DNA of 64,000 bases from a virus, in the IMG/VR virus record IMGVR_UViG_3300021139_000007, positions 5,290-69,289 of that record; one strand, written 5' to 3'. Shown in pieces: positions 9,697 to 19,510 of the stretch. The position numbers and the translations under genes were made by a program. The notes under the pieces were generated by a model. The model did no database searches. It saw nothing but the letters and a program-made list of their open reading frames with translations, and had not been told where the DNA came from. Positions within the stretch are counted from its first letter, which is position 1. The number at the start of each line of letters is the position of its first letter.

Positions 9697-10264
9697 ACTA
9701 TCTATACTCATTCCCGTACATAAAATTCACGAATCATTATTCTTTACTTTGTATGAAAATTTAACTAATCAAATACAAAAAGAAAATGCTACTGATGAAG
9801 TAGAAATACTTTATCATATTGACAATGGTGAAATATCAACAGGGTCTAAAAGAAACGGTTTATTAGAACAGTCTAAAGGGGAGTATGTAATATTCCCTGA
9901 TAGTGATGACGAAGTTCCTGATTATTACATTAGCGAACTTCTTAAAGCGTGTGAAAGTGGTGCAGATTGTTTTGGTATGAATGGTAAAATGACAACTGAT
10001 GGGCATAGCGAAATATGTTGGGAACTATCAATGCACAACCCTAATTTAACTGTTACTAAAAATGGTAAACCTTTTTATTTGCGTTCAACAAATCATATTA
10101 GTGGTGCAAAAAGAGAATTAGCATTACAAGCAAAATTCCCCGACTTAAAGTTAGCAGAAGATAAGGGGTATTCACAAAAATTAATACCTCTTCTAAAAAC
10201 TGAATTTAAAATTATACCACCGATGTATCATTACAAATTCACAACAAAAAATAAATTGTATTAA
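9680..10264 (+). CDS. glycosyltransferase family 2
   Basis: LSILIP, GSKRN..SKGEYVIFPDSDD, AED. Confidence 0.85.
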   Translation: MMKKIKLSILIPVHKIHESLFFTLYENLTNQIQKENATDEVEILYHIDNGEISTGSKRNGLLEQSKGEYVIFPDSDDEVPDYYISELLKACESGADCFGMNGKMTTDGHSEICWELSMHNPNLTVTKNGKPFYLRSTNHISGAKRELALQAKFPDLKLAEDKGYSQKLIPLLKTEFKIIPPMYHYKFTTKNKLY

Positions 10265-10266
10265 TT

Positions 10267-10983
10267 ATGGATAAGGAGTATGTAGTAAGTTTTGCTGATG
10301 GGTCAGGACATTATGCCAAAGCAATGATGCGTTTAGAATTATCTTTAAAATCTGTATTTTGGACAAACGAGTTCCACATTTTTAAAGGTATAAATGACTA
10401 TGCTCATATTGGTAGCCCACAACATAAGAACCAACCTGATAGTGTACCTTATGCTTTCAAGGCTTACTCAATAAAAAAAGCAATAGAAGAAGGCGCAAGG
10501 TATATTCTTTGGTGTGATAGTGTTATTTATGCAACTAAGGATATAACTCCTGTATTCAATCATATTAAAGAACATGGGTACTTATTATTTGATAATATAG
10601 GTTATTCTATTGGGGATTACACTTCGGATGATTGTCTAAGAAAACATGGCATGACTAGGAATGATTCATTTAATCATCCTATGATTATGGCTTGTGTTAT
10701 GGGATTCGATGTTCAACACCCAATAGCGAAAGAATTTTTAACCAAATATATTGAAGCAGCATCAGATGGCGTTTCTTATCAAGGTAGTTGGAGTAATGAT
10801 AATTTAGAAGTATCATCTGACATGAGATGTAGAGGTCACAGGCACGACCAAAGCGTTGCATCAATTTTAGGTTACCAATTAGGTATGACTATAAATAATG
10901 CACAAGAAACTTTCTTTGCATATAATGAGCATAAAGGTAAATTAAAAATATCTGATACTGTTTGCCTTTGGAGTGGTCTTTAA
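10267..10983 (+). CDS. putative GT-A nucleotide-sugar transferase (DUF1647/GT34-like)
   Basis: YAFKAY..ILWCDS..HRHDQSVAS. Confidence 0.6.
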   Translation: MDKEYVVSFADGSGHYAKAMMRLELSLKSVFWTNEFHIFKGINDYAHIGSPQHKNQPDSVPYAFKAYSIKKAIEEGARYILWCDSVIYATKDITPVFNHIKEHGYLLFDNIGYSIGDYTSDDCLRKHGMTRNDSFNHPMIMACVMGFDVQHPIAKEFLTKYIEAASDGVSYQGSWSNDNLEVSSDMRCRGHRHDQSVASILGYQLGMTINNAQETFFAYNEHKGKLKISDTVCLWSGL

Positions 10984-10992
10984 AATGATATT

Positions 10993-11664
10993 ATGAAAAG
11001 ATGTATAATAAATGTTTCTATTGGTGACGATGTATTTGTTAAGTTTCAAGACAGACTAATTAGTTATTGTAAAAAATACATACCTGATATAGATGTATTA
11101 ACTTGGACACAAAAAATGCCAATAGGTTCAAAGCCACATAATGAATCAATGTATGGATTCAAAATGTATGCCTTTGAGGAAGCATTTAATATGGGTTATG
11201 ATTCTGTAATTTGGTTAGATGCAGGTACAGTAATAAAAAAATCAATATTTCCATTATTTTCATTATTAGAAAAAGATGAAAATGGTGTTTTTACATTATA
11301 TTCTGATGCTGATTTATCTAATTATGTAAATGATAAAACAGTAAAATATTTTGATGTTTCTAGGGATGATATGGACAATCAAAAATCAAAACTTAATTAT
11401 GGTTTTGTATTTGGGTTTACAAAAGAATCTGTTGCCTATAAAGAAATGATGATTGCAGAAAATTGTGGTCTATTTGGTACTTTTGAAGAAAATCAAAGAG
11501 ATACAGAAATTAATTGCGGTGTTTTATATAATGGTAAATATGTGTCACATAGACATGAAGAAGCTGTATTAAGTACAATTATTCATAAAAGAAAAATACA
11601 AATATTCAATCATAATGATTTTTATCACATGATATGGTTTGATAACGAAAGAAAATTAATTTAG
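10993..11664 (+). CDS. putative GT-A transferase, paralogue of the preceding gene
   Basis: YGFKMY..VIWLDA..HRHEEAVLS parallels the motifs of 10267..10983. Confidence 0.6.
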   Translation: MKRCIINVSIGDDVFVKFQDRLISYCKKYIPDIDVLTWTQKMPIGSKPHNESMYGFKMYAFEEAFNMGYDSVIWLDAGTVIKKSIFPLFSLLEKDENGVFTLYSDADLSNYVNDKTVKYFDVSRDDMDNQKSKLNYGFVFGFTKESVAYKEMMIAENCGLFGTFEENQRDTEINCGVLYNGKYVSHRHEEAVLSTIIHKRKIQIFNHNDFYHMIWFDNERKLI

Positions 11665-11665
11665 T

Positions 11666-12280
11666 ATGTACAGTCAAAATTCAGAAGAAAGAATAGTAGG
11701 TGATTATTTCAATGGTGTAATAGGTACACTTTTGGATATTGGGGCTAATGATGGGAAGACTTTGAGTAATTCATTGTTTTTAATAGAAAAAGGATGGAGT
11801 GCTGTGTTAGTAGAACCATCACCTACAACATTTGGGAAACTTTCTCAACTTCATAAAGGTAACTACAATGTATTTTGTAAACAAGTAGCAATATCTGATT
11901 TTAATGGTGATGCTGATTTTTTTGAAAGTGGGGAACATTTAGGTAATGGAGATACATCTTTACTTTCTTCTTTGGATAGCGAAGAAATAAAAAGGTGGAG
12001 AAATACAACAACATTTGAACCAATAAAAGTAAGTGTTGTTGATTGGAATACCTTCTTAAACAACTCACAAATAAAGAAATTTGATTTTATTTCAATTGAT
12101 GCCGAAGGAGTAGATATAACAATTCTAAAACAAATGAATCTAAAAGAATTAGGTTGCAAATGTTTAATAATAGAGTGGAACAGTATCCCGCTAAACAAAG
12201 ATTACATTGATGCAATAGTAATCATTCAAGGGTACAAGTTAATACATAAAAACGCAGAGAACCTTATATATGCAAAGTAA
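11666..12280 (+). CDS. FkbM-family SAM-dependent methyltransferase
   Basis: YSQNSEE, LDIGANDG, VLVEP, FISIDAEG. Confidence 0.88.
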   Translation: MYSQNSEERIVGDYFNGVIGTLLDIGANDGKTLSNSLFLIEKGWSAVLVEPSPTTFGKLSQLHKGNYNVFCKQVAISDFNGDADFFESGEHLGNGDTSLLSSLDSEEIKRWRNTTTFEPIKVSVVDWNTFLNNSQIKKFDFISIDAEGVDITILKQMNLKELGCKCLIIEWNSIPLNKDYIDAIVIIQGYKLIHKNAENLIYAK

Positions 12281-14267
12281 AAAAATGGAAAAGGACGGTA
12301 ACATAATACTTTTGAATGATGGGTTGTATGAGTACACTCCTCCTATTCCTATGCCTAAAGACGAAAGAGAAATACTTAACTATCAATATCCTAAAAAAGA
12401 ACAAATTTGGCATACTCCTAACTATCCTAAAATAAACCAATTAAAAGAGAAAGAAAAGGTAGAATTTATAACTAAAGAAAGGAATAGGTGGGCTGAAGGG
12501 GTGTGGTGTTTTATAGATGGGGAAGCAAAATACTTGACAGGTTTACATTACGAGCATCTTACTCTCAATCATTTTAATTCAAAGAAATTAGACTATTATG
12601 ATGATGAAAGATATATATTCTATTTTATAGATTTAGTAAAGAAATCTCCACAATGCGAAGGCGGTGTTTTCGTTAAACCTAGACGAGCAAAACTTACTAC
12701 AATAATGTGTTCTCTATCTATTAGAGAGGTTTTATCAGACTTTTCTAATTATGTAACATTGCAAAGTGATACATTAGATAAGGCTCAAAAAAGCTACATG
12801 AATCCTATTATAGATTGCTATGTAAGAAGACCTGAATGGGCTAGAGAAAAGTATTACGCCCCTAATGGTAAAAAGCCAAGAAAGTCATTAGAGTTAAACT
12901 CTAACATGATGCAAGAAGAAGGGGAAGAATGGTTAGGTGGTAAAATAAATGTATTCCCAACTATTGCTAAAGCTGTTGATGGATTGGAAGCAATAATGTC
13001 TGTAATAGATGAATTTTCTAAAATAGAAGGTGTTTCCCCTTATGAACTTTATGAAGTACTAAGAAAGGTTGTACAAAATTTTAGAAAGCAAGGAAAGATT
13101 TGGGCTTTATCTTCAAGTGGAGATAGTAAAGATGCGGTAAAAGCAACTATGGATTGGCATAAACTAATTGCCAATTCTAATCCATTGAAAGTAGATAAAT
13201 TTGGTAAAACAGTTTCGGGGTTATGGAAATACTTTATTAGTGCGATACATTCTCAATATGTACCAAAAGAATTTACGAATAAATTTGGAATAGTTGATAA
13301 AGAAAAAGCAGAGGAATGGATTTGGAATGAAATAAGAAAATATCCAGAAGGTACAAAAGAGTATATTTATGCCCTTTATAAACTTCCATTGAAAGAAGAA
13401 CACGCATTATTATCTTCGGCAGTATCAAATCTTTTCAGTAAAGTAAGAATAAGTAGTAGATTGACTGACTTAGAAGCGATGTTGCCACATGAAAAGCCTT
13501 ATGTAAGGGGTAAATTGGTAGAAGATAGCAATGGTAAGGTTTACTTTGAAAATGATAGTACAGGTTTATGGTTGTGGGCGGTTCATCCTTTTTTTTCGAT
13601 AGAACATGACATTGACACAAGGAATAGATTTAGACTTTATAACCAAGTAATGTTTCCCCCTGCAAACGTAGAAGGGTGTATAGGTTATGACCCTGTAAAC
13701 TATCCTAAAGAGAATATAAAAAGTAGTAATTTTTCACAAGCATCATTGTTTGCAAGAAAGAAATTCGATTACTTTAATGGTGGTCAAGACGATTGCGTTG
13801 TAGCATTGTATTTCGGCAGACCTGATGACCCGCATGACGTAAACAAAGAAGCAATGAAGGCGGCAAAGTACACAGGATTTCCTGTTATGCACGAAAGAAG
13901 CGTATCTCATGTTTACGAGGATTTCAGAGATAGTAATATGTTACCATTTCTAATGAAAGGTACAGATGGGCATTATGGTATAGTTACAAATACTAAAGTA
14001 ATTAATGATGGTGTTGCTATGTTGCAATCAAGGTATTCAGCACCTAAAGATGACAATACAAAAGACCAAATAGATACATACCCTTTCGAGGATGGTCTTA
14101 GAAGTCTTAATAATTTTGACCCTGCCAATACAACTCAATTCGATATTACCATGTCAGAAATAATGTGTGAACATGGTTTAAAACAAATAAGCTATACAAA
14201 TGTAACGGATAACAGTAATTCCCTTAAATTTGCCATTGCTAAAGAAATATTTGCACCAAGAAATTAA
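12270..14267 (+). CDS. terL: terminase large subunit
   Basis: KPRRAKLTT Walker A variant, IDEFSK Walker B, IGYDP nuclease motif; precedes the portal. Confidence 0.85.
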   Translation: MQSKKMEKDGNIILLNDGLYEYTPPIPMPKDEREILNYQYPKKEQIWHTPNYPKINQLKEKEKVEFITKERNRWAEGVWCFIDGEAKYLTGLHYEHLTLNHFNSKKLDYYDDERYIFYFIDLVKKSPQCEGGVFVKPRRAKLTTIMCSLSIREVLSDFSNYVTLQSDTLDKAQKSYMNPIIDCYVRRPEWAREKYYAPNGKKPRKSLELNSNMMQEEGEEWLGGKINVFPTIAKAVDGLEAIMSVIDEFSKIEGVSPYELYEVLRKVVQNFRKQGKIWALSSSGDSKDAVKATMDWHKLIANSNPLKVDKFGKTVSGLWKYFISAIHSQYVPKEFTNKFGIVDKEKAEEWIWNEIRKYPEGTKEYIYALYKLPLKEEHALLSSAVSNLFSKVRISSRLTDLEAMLPHEKPYVRGKLVEDSNGKVYFENDSTGLWLWAVHPFFSIEHDIDTRNRFRLYNQVMFPPANVEGCIGYDPVNYPKENIKSSNFSQASLFARKKFDYFNGGQDDCVVALYFGRPDDPHDVNKEAMKAAKYTGFPVMHERSVSHVYEDFRDSNMLPFLMKGTDGHYGIVTNTKVINDGVAMLQSRYSAPKDDNTKDQIDTYPFEDGLRSLNNFDPANTTQFDITMSEIMCEHGLKQISYTNVTDNSNSLKFAIAKEIFAPRN

Positions 14268-14279
14268 ATAAACAATAAT

Positions 14280-14588
14280 ATGTCAAACGAAAGAAAGTTT
14301 AAGTTGATACCCCAACCTGAAATGGTTATTTTAGAAGAAGTAAAAGTAAAAGAAGTTACCGATGGTGGTATTGTTCTTTCTGATGAAGCTAAAGCAAGTC
14401 AGCAAAGAAAACAAAACAGAGGTACTATCATTTGGGTTGGTTCTAAAGTTGATTGGCTTAAAGAGGGTGATTTTGTTTCTTTCTATAAAAATGCAGCAAC
14501 ACAACTAACCATTGAAGGTGAAGAATTTTCAGAGGTTCACGAAGCCCATGTACTTTGTGTTATGGAAGGTGTTGTTAATAAAAACTAA
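14280..14588 (+). CDS. groES: GroES-like co-chaperonin
   Basis: PQPEMVIL, EVTDGGIVL mobile loop, GTIIWVG, LKEGDFV. Confidence 0.85.
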   Translation: MSNERKFKLIPQPEMVILEEVKVKEVTDGGIVLSDEAKASQQRKQNRGTIIWVGSKVDWLKEGDFVSFYKNAATQLTIEGEEFSEVHEAHVLCVMEGVVNKN

Positions 14589-14591
14589 AAA

Positions 14592-15281
14592 ATGAAAGAC
14601 AAAAAAAAGGCTGCTTTCATCCCACACCCTGATAAGGTACTCATAAAGATTACCAAAGCAAGTATGGATGAAATATTCTACAAGAGAATAGTAAGGGATG
14701 ATGGGAGTGAGGTTTCATTACTAAAAACAGTAGAACACAAAGAAGGGTTCGATTTGAAATTTACTCAAAACGTATCAATAGGTCATGTAGTAGCAATAGG
14801 AACAAGAGTTGATGGAATACATCTTAATGACATTGTTATACTAGATTATTTAGCTTCAAACGATGATGGTAGTCTTATTGGATATATCAATGGTGATAGG
14901 TTTATTTCATTATCAGCTAAAACGACATACCACGAAAAATCCGCAAAGCCCGACATGAATTTCAGAAAGGCTTATGTAAAAGGTGATTTTGATGAAATAT
15001 CAAAGATACTAGGGGTTGTTAGAGGGAAAAAAATAATCGCATTAGACCCTTATGTAGTACTAGCACATGAATCAAATATTATTCAAATGGTATTGCCAAA
15101 CGGAAGAATAGTTGAACGTGCTGAACCAATAGTAAGAAGAGAAGTTGTTTCAGGGGTAGGGTTTAAAGATGGAAGTGTTATTTATGTGAAAGATGAAGAC
15201 CTTTTTGAAAGAAACATAAGCGATAAAGAGTTTTCTTTTGTATTTAATAAAGATGTTCTGTTAGAAAAAGTATCTATCTGA
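14592..15281 (+). CDS. tandem GroES-like domain protein
   Basis: PHPDKVLIK..GHVVAIG..LNDIV, then a second PYVVL..FKDGSVI..KDVL unit. Confidence 0.55.
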   Translation: MKDKKKAAFIPHPDKVLIKITKASMDEIFYKRIVRDDGSEVSLLKTVEHKEGFDLKFTQNVSIGHVVAIGTRVDGIHLNDIVILDYLASNDDGSLIGYINGDRFISLSAKTTYHEKSAKPDMNFRKAYVKGDFDEISKILGVVRGKKIIALDPYVVLAHESNIIQMVLPNGRIVERAEPIVRREVVSGVGFKDGSVIYVKDEDLFERNISDKEFSFVFNKDVLLEKVSI

Positions 15282-15313
15282 AATATTTTGTACTAAAGAC
15301 AAATATTATTTGG

Positions 15314-15321
15314 TACTTTTG
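15314..15321 (+). promoter_or_regulatory. -7 promoter element upstream of portal
   Basis: TACTTTTG, with TTTG at 15287-15290. Confidence 0.55.
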
Positions 15322-15336
15322 TAAAAAATACTTATA

Positions 15337-17898
15337 GTGGCACAGAATTTAACAGTTAAGGATAACCCTAAAGGTAAACCGCATTTTAACGAAAGAAGTA
15401 CCTTTTGGTCAGACTTGCAATATATACCTGTTGAGTATAAAAACGAGTATTGGGCGGCACAAAATTTGTACTTTTTTAAGAAGAATGCAAGGTTATTTTT
15501 AGACCCTGCAAGAGCAAGACAATATCGTTCCACAGATGATTTAAAGTTAGATGATAAAGAATACAAGCAAATGTTCGACCCTATTACCCCAATGGGTAAT
15601 GGTGGGACAGCTAATTATGTTGCGGCAGATTGGAAATCTAATCCTATTTATATTCACCTTAAAAATGTAGTTAAGGCAGAAATACAACGTACTTCAAAAC
15701 AACTAGAGGTAAATCTAACTGACAAATATGCCCTTACAAGAAAGCAAAAGGATAGCCAAAAGATTTTTTATAGTAGATTGATGCGACAAGTAATCAATTC
15801 TGTTAATAAGGAATTGGGGAAGATGCCATTAACTGAAAGCCAAGACCCATTCAAATATATTGCATCCCAAGCAGTAGAATCAAATAAGAAAAAAGGTCAA
15901 GACCCCTCCCAAGAACAACAACCAAGTGAGATAACTTCAAACTTCAATGACATGATAAAAAATGCCATTGAAAGTGACCAAGACCTTGCATTGTATATGG
16001 AGTTGATTTATAAAGGGGATTATGAAATAGCACTTGAAAAAGGTATTGACTATTACATGATGAACCTTAACAAATGGAATGAAAGGTGGAGTGATGAATT
16101 TATTGATGACATAATGCACTTTAATAAGGCTTGTGGGGAATGGTACACCGACTTAGTTACAGGAAGACCCGTAATCGAAAGATTTGTGCCTGAACTTACA
16201 TGGGTAAGTCCTTTCAAAAGAAAAGATGGTGAAGATTTGATGTATTACTTTACTGAATACAGCATAACATTTGCAGACTTCGTAAAGACTATTGGTGCTA
16301 ACTTAGATAAGCAAAAATTAAAAGACGTATTTGAATACAATAAAACGCAAGGTTCTTGTCATGGATTTGATTGGTTAGATATGATAGACCGTCCTAATAG
16401 AATGATGGACAATGCCATGATTAGAGTTGGTAGGGCTGCTTGTCTTACACAGGATTATGATGTAGATATGGATGCAGTAGTTCCTAACTATCCACAAACA
16501 ACAGGTGATGGTACAGGTATTACATGGGAAACAGGTATGGATAAAGAACCTAAAATGCCACAAAGCACAAAGCATTACAATGTTTGGTACAGCTTCTATT
16601 ATATCCCACCTACAACACAAAGCCTAAGTAATGCAGATTACGCATGGCAAGCACAATTCATATTCGATATTAAAAAGAACCAAGACCAATTAAGGACAGG
16701 GGAAGATGGAAGATATTCAAAACCCCCTTTATTCATTTACGACAATGGCAAACAAGCATCATTTACTGATATGGTAATGGCTTATATGCCAAAAATAAAT
16801 TACGCATGGTTTCAATATCAAAACTGTTTGGTAAACGATATTGAAGCTACTGTATTGAGTGATGAACTTATTGGTGGGTTATTGGGCGCAGTTGATGAAT
16901 CAAATAAAATATCAACAGGACTAGATGGAACGCCAACAGGCGGTAATGGGGTTGATGCCTACAAGGAACAATGGAGAATGATACGCCAAAGCGGTACAGG
17001 GTTCTTAAAACTAACAGATAGGCAGGGCAATCAGATATTAGACCCTAATAAGCTATTTTTCCACATAAAAAACGGATTAATAGAAAAGGCTGAAAAGTAC
17101 ATGAGCCAAATGATGTTATTGTACCAACAAATGACACAATCATTAGCTATGACAGATGCAAGGGAAGGTCAAGATACCAAACCTAGAACATCGGTAGCTG
17201 CAATAGAAGAAAGTTTAAAGGCATCAAATAACGCCACATGGTTTATACAAAAGGCTTATGAAGAATTATTAAAGACAGTAGCAGAAAGAATGATTCGCTA
17301 TATGCTTGAAATAATGAGAGAAGCTAAAGAGTATGGGTACACTAAGCGAAGGCAGGAATTTTTCGACATCGTTGGTGAAAGTTATGGGCTTTTGGTTGAA
17401 GGTCTTGAAAATATCCCACCTGAAAGTATCGGTATGAACATAAACTATGTCGATAATACTGCTAAGAAGGATTTGGTATTTTCACTTGCAACAGAGTTGG
17501 TTAAAAATAATCAACTTGATTTCAACTTGCTTTATTTATTAATGGGTGCAGACAATTGGAAGCAGTCAATGTGCCTAATGAGAATGGGAATAAAAAGTAA
17601 AGAGAAAGAAAAAGCACATCAGGAGGAACTTCAACATGAGCGACAAATGCAGCTACAGCAAGAGCAACAAAAATCAGCAATGATGATGTTACAAGCCCAA
17701 ACACAAAGTAAGGTTGCAATTGACACCAATGTTATGAAATTGAAAGAGGAGTTGGAACAAGTCAAAGGTCAAATAAAAACGATGTCCCAATCAATGCTTC
17801 TCGACCAAAGGGGTGGAAATAAAATAAGCGAAGCAGAAGCTAAAGCAAGATTGGAAGAAGCCGCTAAAGAAAAAGCAAAGTTGCCCCCAATGCAATAA
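15337..17898 (+). CDS. portal protein
   Basis: 853 aa, helical, Q/E/K-rich coiled C-terminus, AMTDAREG motif; lies between TerL and scaffold/MCP. Confidence 0.8.
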   Translation: MAQNLTVKDNPKGKPHFNERSTFWSDLQYIPVEYKNEYWAAQNLYFFKKNARLFLDPARARQYRSTDDLKLDDKEYKQMFDPITPMGNGGTANYVAADWKSNPIYIHLKNVVKAEIQRTSKQLEVNLTDKYALTRKQKDSQKIFYSRLMRQVINSVNKELGKMPLTESQDPFKYIASQAVESNKKKGQDPSQEQQPSEITSNFNDMIKNAIESDQDLALYMELIYKGDYEIALEKGIDYYMMNLNKWNERWSDEFIDDIMHFNKACGEWYTDLVTGRPVIERFVPELTWVSPFKRKDGEDLMYYFTEYSITFADFVKTIGANLDKQKLKDVFEYNKTQGSCHGFDWLDMIDRPNRMMDNAMIRVGRAACLTQDYDVDMDAVVPNYPQTTGDGTGITWETGMDKEPKMPQSTKHYNVWYSFYYIPPTTQSLSNADYAWQAQFIFDIKKNQDQLRTGEDGRYSKPPLFIYDNGKQASFTDMVMAYMPKINYAWFQYQNCLVNDIEATVLSDELIGGLLGAVDESNKISTGLDGTPTGGNGVDAYKEQWRMIRQSGTGFLKLTDRQGNQILDPNKLFFHIKNGLIEKAEKYMSQMMLLYQQMTQSLAMTDAREGQDTKPRTSVAAIEESLKASNNATWFIQKAYEELLKTVAERMIRYMLEIMREAKEYGYTKRRQEFFDIVGESYGLLVEGLENIPPESIGMNINYVDNTAKKDLVFSLATELVKNNQLDFNLLYLLMGADNWKQSMCLMRMGIKSKEKEKAHQEELQHERQMQLQQEQQKSAMMMLQAQTQSKVAIDTNVMKLKEELEQVKGQIKTMSQSMLLDQRGGNKISEAEAKARLEEAAKEKAKLPPMQ

Positions 17899-17903
17899 AT
17901 AAC

Positions 17904-18010
17904 TATATTTGCATTGTTAATTAGACGTTGACGGGCGTTTTATTATCAATGAATTTATTTGACCTTAATGGGGGATGCGCCGTCACGCTGAACCTGTTGA
18001 GGTCTTTTTA
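17904..18010 (+). promoter_or_regulatory. promoter plus structured leader/terminator
   Basis: TATATTTG at 17904; stem 17961-17972/17993-18004 plus T-run; loop complementary to 17923-17940. Confidence 0.55.
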
Positions 18011-18015
18011 GTTTT

Positions 18016-18321
18016 ATGGGTAGAAAGCCTAGCCCAAAACACACATTAGACAGAATTGATGTCAATGGGGATTATGAACCTACAAATTGTAGGTGGGCTA
18101 CTCCTTTGGAACAAGGTAGAAATACTAATTATAATATTTGGATAGAATACAAAGGAGTAAAAATGATACAAAGAGAATGGATTGATTTTTTACAGATAAA
18201 CTCTAGTACTCTTTGGCGACTTAAAAAAACAATGACTTTTGGGGAAATAGTAAAAAAGTATTCTGTAATAAAAAATATAGATTATGATAATATTTTATTA
18301 AAAAAACACAAAAATAACTAG
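18016..18321 (+). CDS. HNH endonuclease, possibly N-terminally truncated
   Basis: HTLDRIDVNGDYEPTNCRWAT..Q.RN; the ORF starts almost at the catalytic motif. Confidence 0.7.
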   Translation: MGRKPSPKHTLDRIDVNGDYEPTNCRWATPLEQGRNTNYNIWIEYKGVKMIQREWIDFLQINSSTLWRLKKTMTFGEIVKKYSVIKNIDYDNILLKKHKNN

Positions 18322-18998
18322 CTTTTTTTACTTGGCAAGTAAACGTGCTTTATATAGTCACGCCACGATTCGATATTTATTTTCTTATTTTCATCATTAA
18401 ACATATCAAGCGACTTTTGTGTGAATGAAACTCCGAAGTCACTTTCTGTTTTAGAGTTGGTAGTTAAATAATCTTTTTCTATTTCAGCAATCATTTGTTG
18501 TGCATCTATCATTTGCCTTTTTGCTGAATCCATTGCTTTCCCCCAATTTACAAAAGCCATGCCTTTCTTTTCTTCATCTACATCGGTTAGATTTGGGGAA
18601 GGTTGATTCATAGTCATAGTATAAGAATCTCTTAAACGGGCGGAATGTCGGAAACGCCAATCGCTAAGTCTTTCTAAGAAATTCCCAATACATTCTAAAG
18701 AAGGTTCATGGGATAGGTTGATAAAGTCTTTTATAGTGGAATTTTTTAAGTCAGCCCCCAATCCTATCATTATGTTTTTGTTGTTGGTTATCCCATCTAC
18801 TCTAGTGTCTATCCACTTGCTATCATTATCATAGCCGTATATTATTGCAGCTATTAAAGTATTTTTAATTAAGTCTGATAAGGGGGTTTCTGTTATTTGT
18901 TCAAATACAACATGGAAGTTGTACTCCCTTAATAACTCTGTATTATCAGATTGTATGTTTATACTAATCTTCTTTGCTAACTCTATTGCTTTTCTCAT
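18318..18998 (-). CDS. hypothetical protein (possible packaging-associated/TerS-like)
   Basis: 226 aa helical ORF with its own TATATTTG promoter at 19021-19028; function is a guess. Confidence 0.45.
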   Translation of the reverse strand: MRKAIELAKKISINIQSDNTELLREYNFHVVFEQITETPLSDLIKNTLIAAIIYGYDNDSKWIDTRVDGITNNKNIMIGLGADLKNSTIKDFINLSHEPSLECIGNFLERLSDWRFRHSARLRDSYTMTMNQPSPNLTDVDEEKKGMAFVNWGKAMDSAKRQMIDAQQMIAEIEKDYLTTNSKTESDFGVSFTQKSLDMFNDENKKINIESWRDYIKHVYLPSKKS

Positions 18999-19165
18999 AT
19001 TGAATATTTAAAAATAAGTACAAATATAATATCAATCAAAAACATAAATATTAGCATTATAAAAGTATAAAATACAGATAAAATAAAAGGTACACCCTGA
19101 CGACAAAAGTCACATATTTTATATATAATCAGTAAAATAAAAATCACACATAATGTTATCATAAT

Positions 19166-19450
19166 CTATCTATTTCTTTTAGTTAATATACCTCTAGGTA
19201 TTTCTATTGGTTCGCCATTTACTCTATCATAAGCAATAACGTTAACCCCTTTACATTTATCGCAAGGGCATCCACTTAGTTCTAGTACTTGTCTTGCTGA
19301 AAGACCATGTTCTTCTTTTAGCCTTATAAATTGCTTTTCTTCAAAAGGGCTAACTCTTAAATAGATTCTACCGTATTTCTGTTTACTCATAAAAGTTTTT
19401 GTCACACCTATGTCCGACAATGCAAATATAGACATTTTAATTATATCCAA
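19166..19450 (-). CDS. small putative DNA-binding protein with CxCxxC
   Basis: RIYLRVSPFEEKQF (RHH-like strand-helix) and CPCDKC. Confidence 0.4.
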   Translation of the reverse strand: MDIIKMSIFALSDIGVTKTFMSKQKYGRIYLRVSPFEEKQFIRLKEEHGLSARQVLELSGCPCDKCKGVNVIAYDRVNGEPIEIPRGILTKRNR

Positions 19451-19510
19451 CTTTGTGTTCAGAAAGGTATTTTACCATCACGATGAATTTTCTCTCCCAA
19501 AAGTTTTTTT

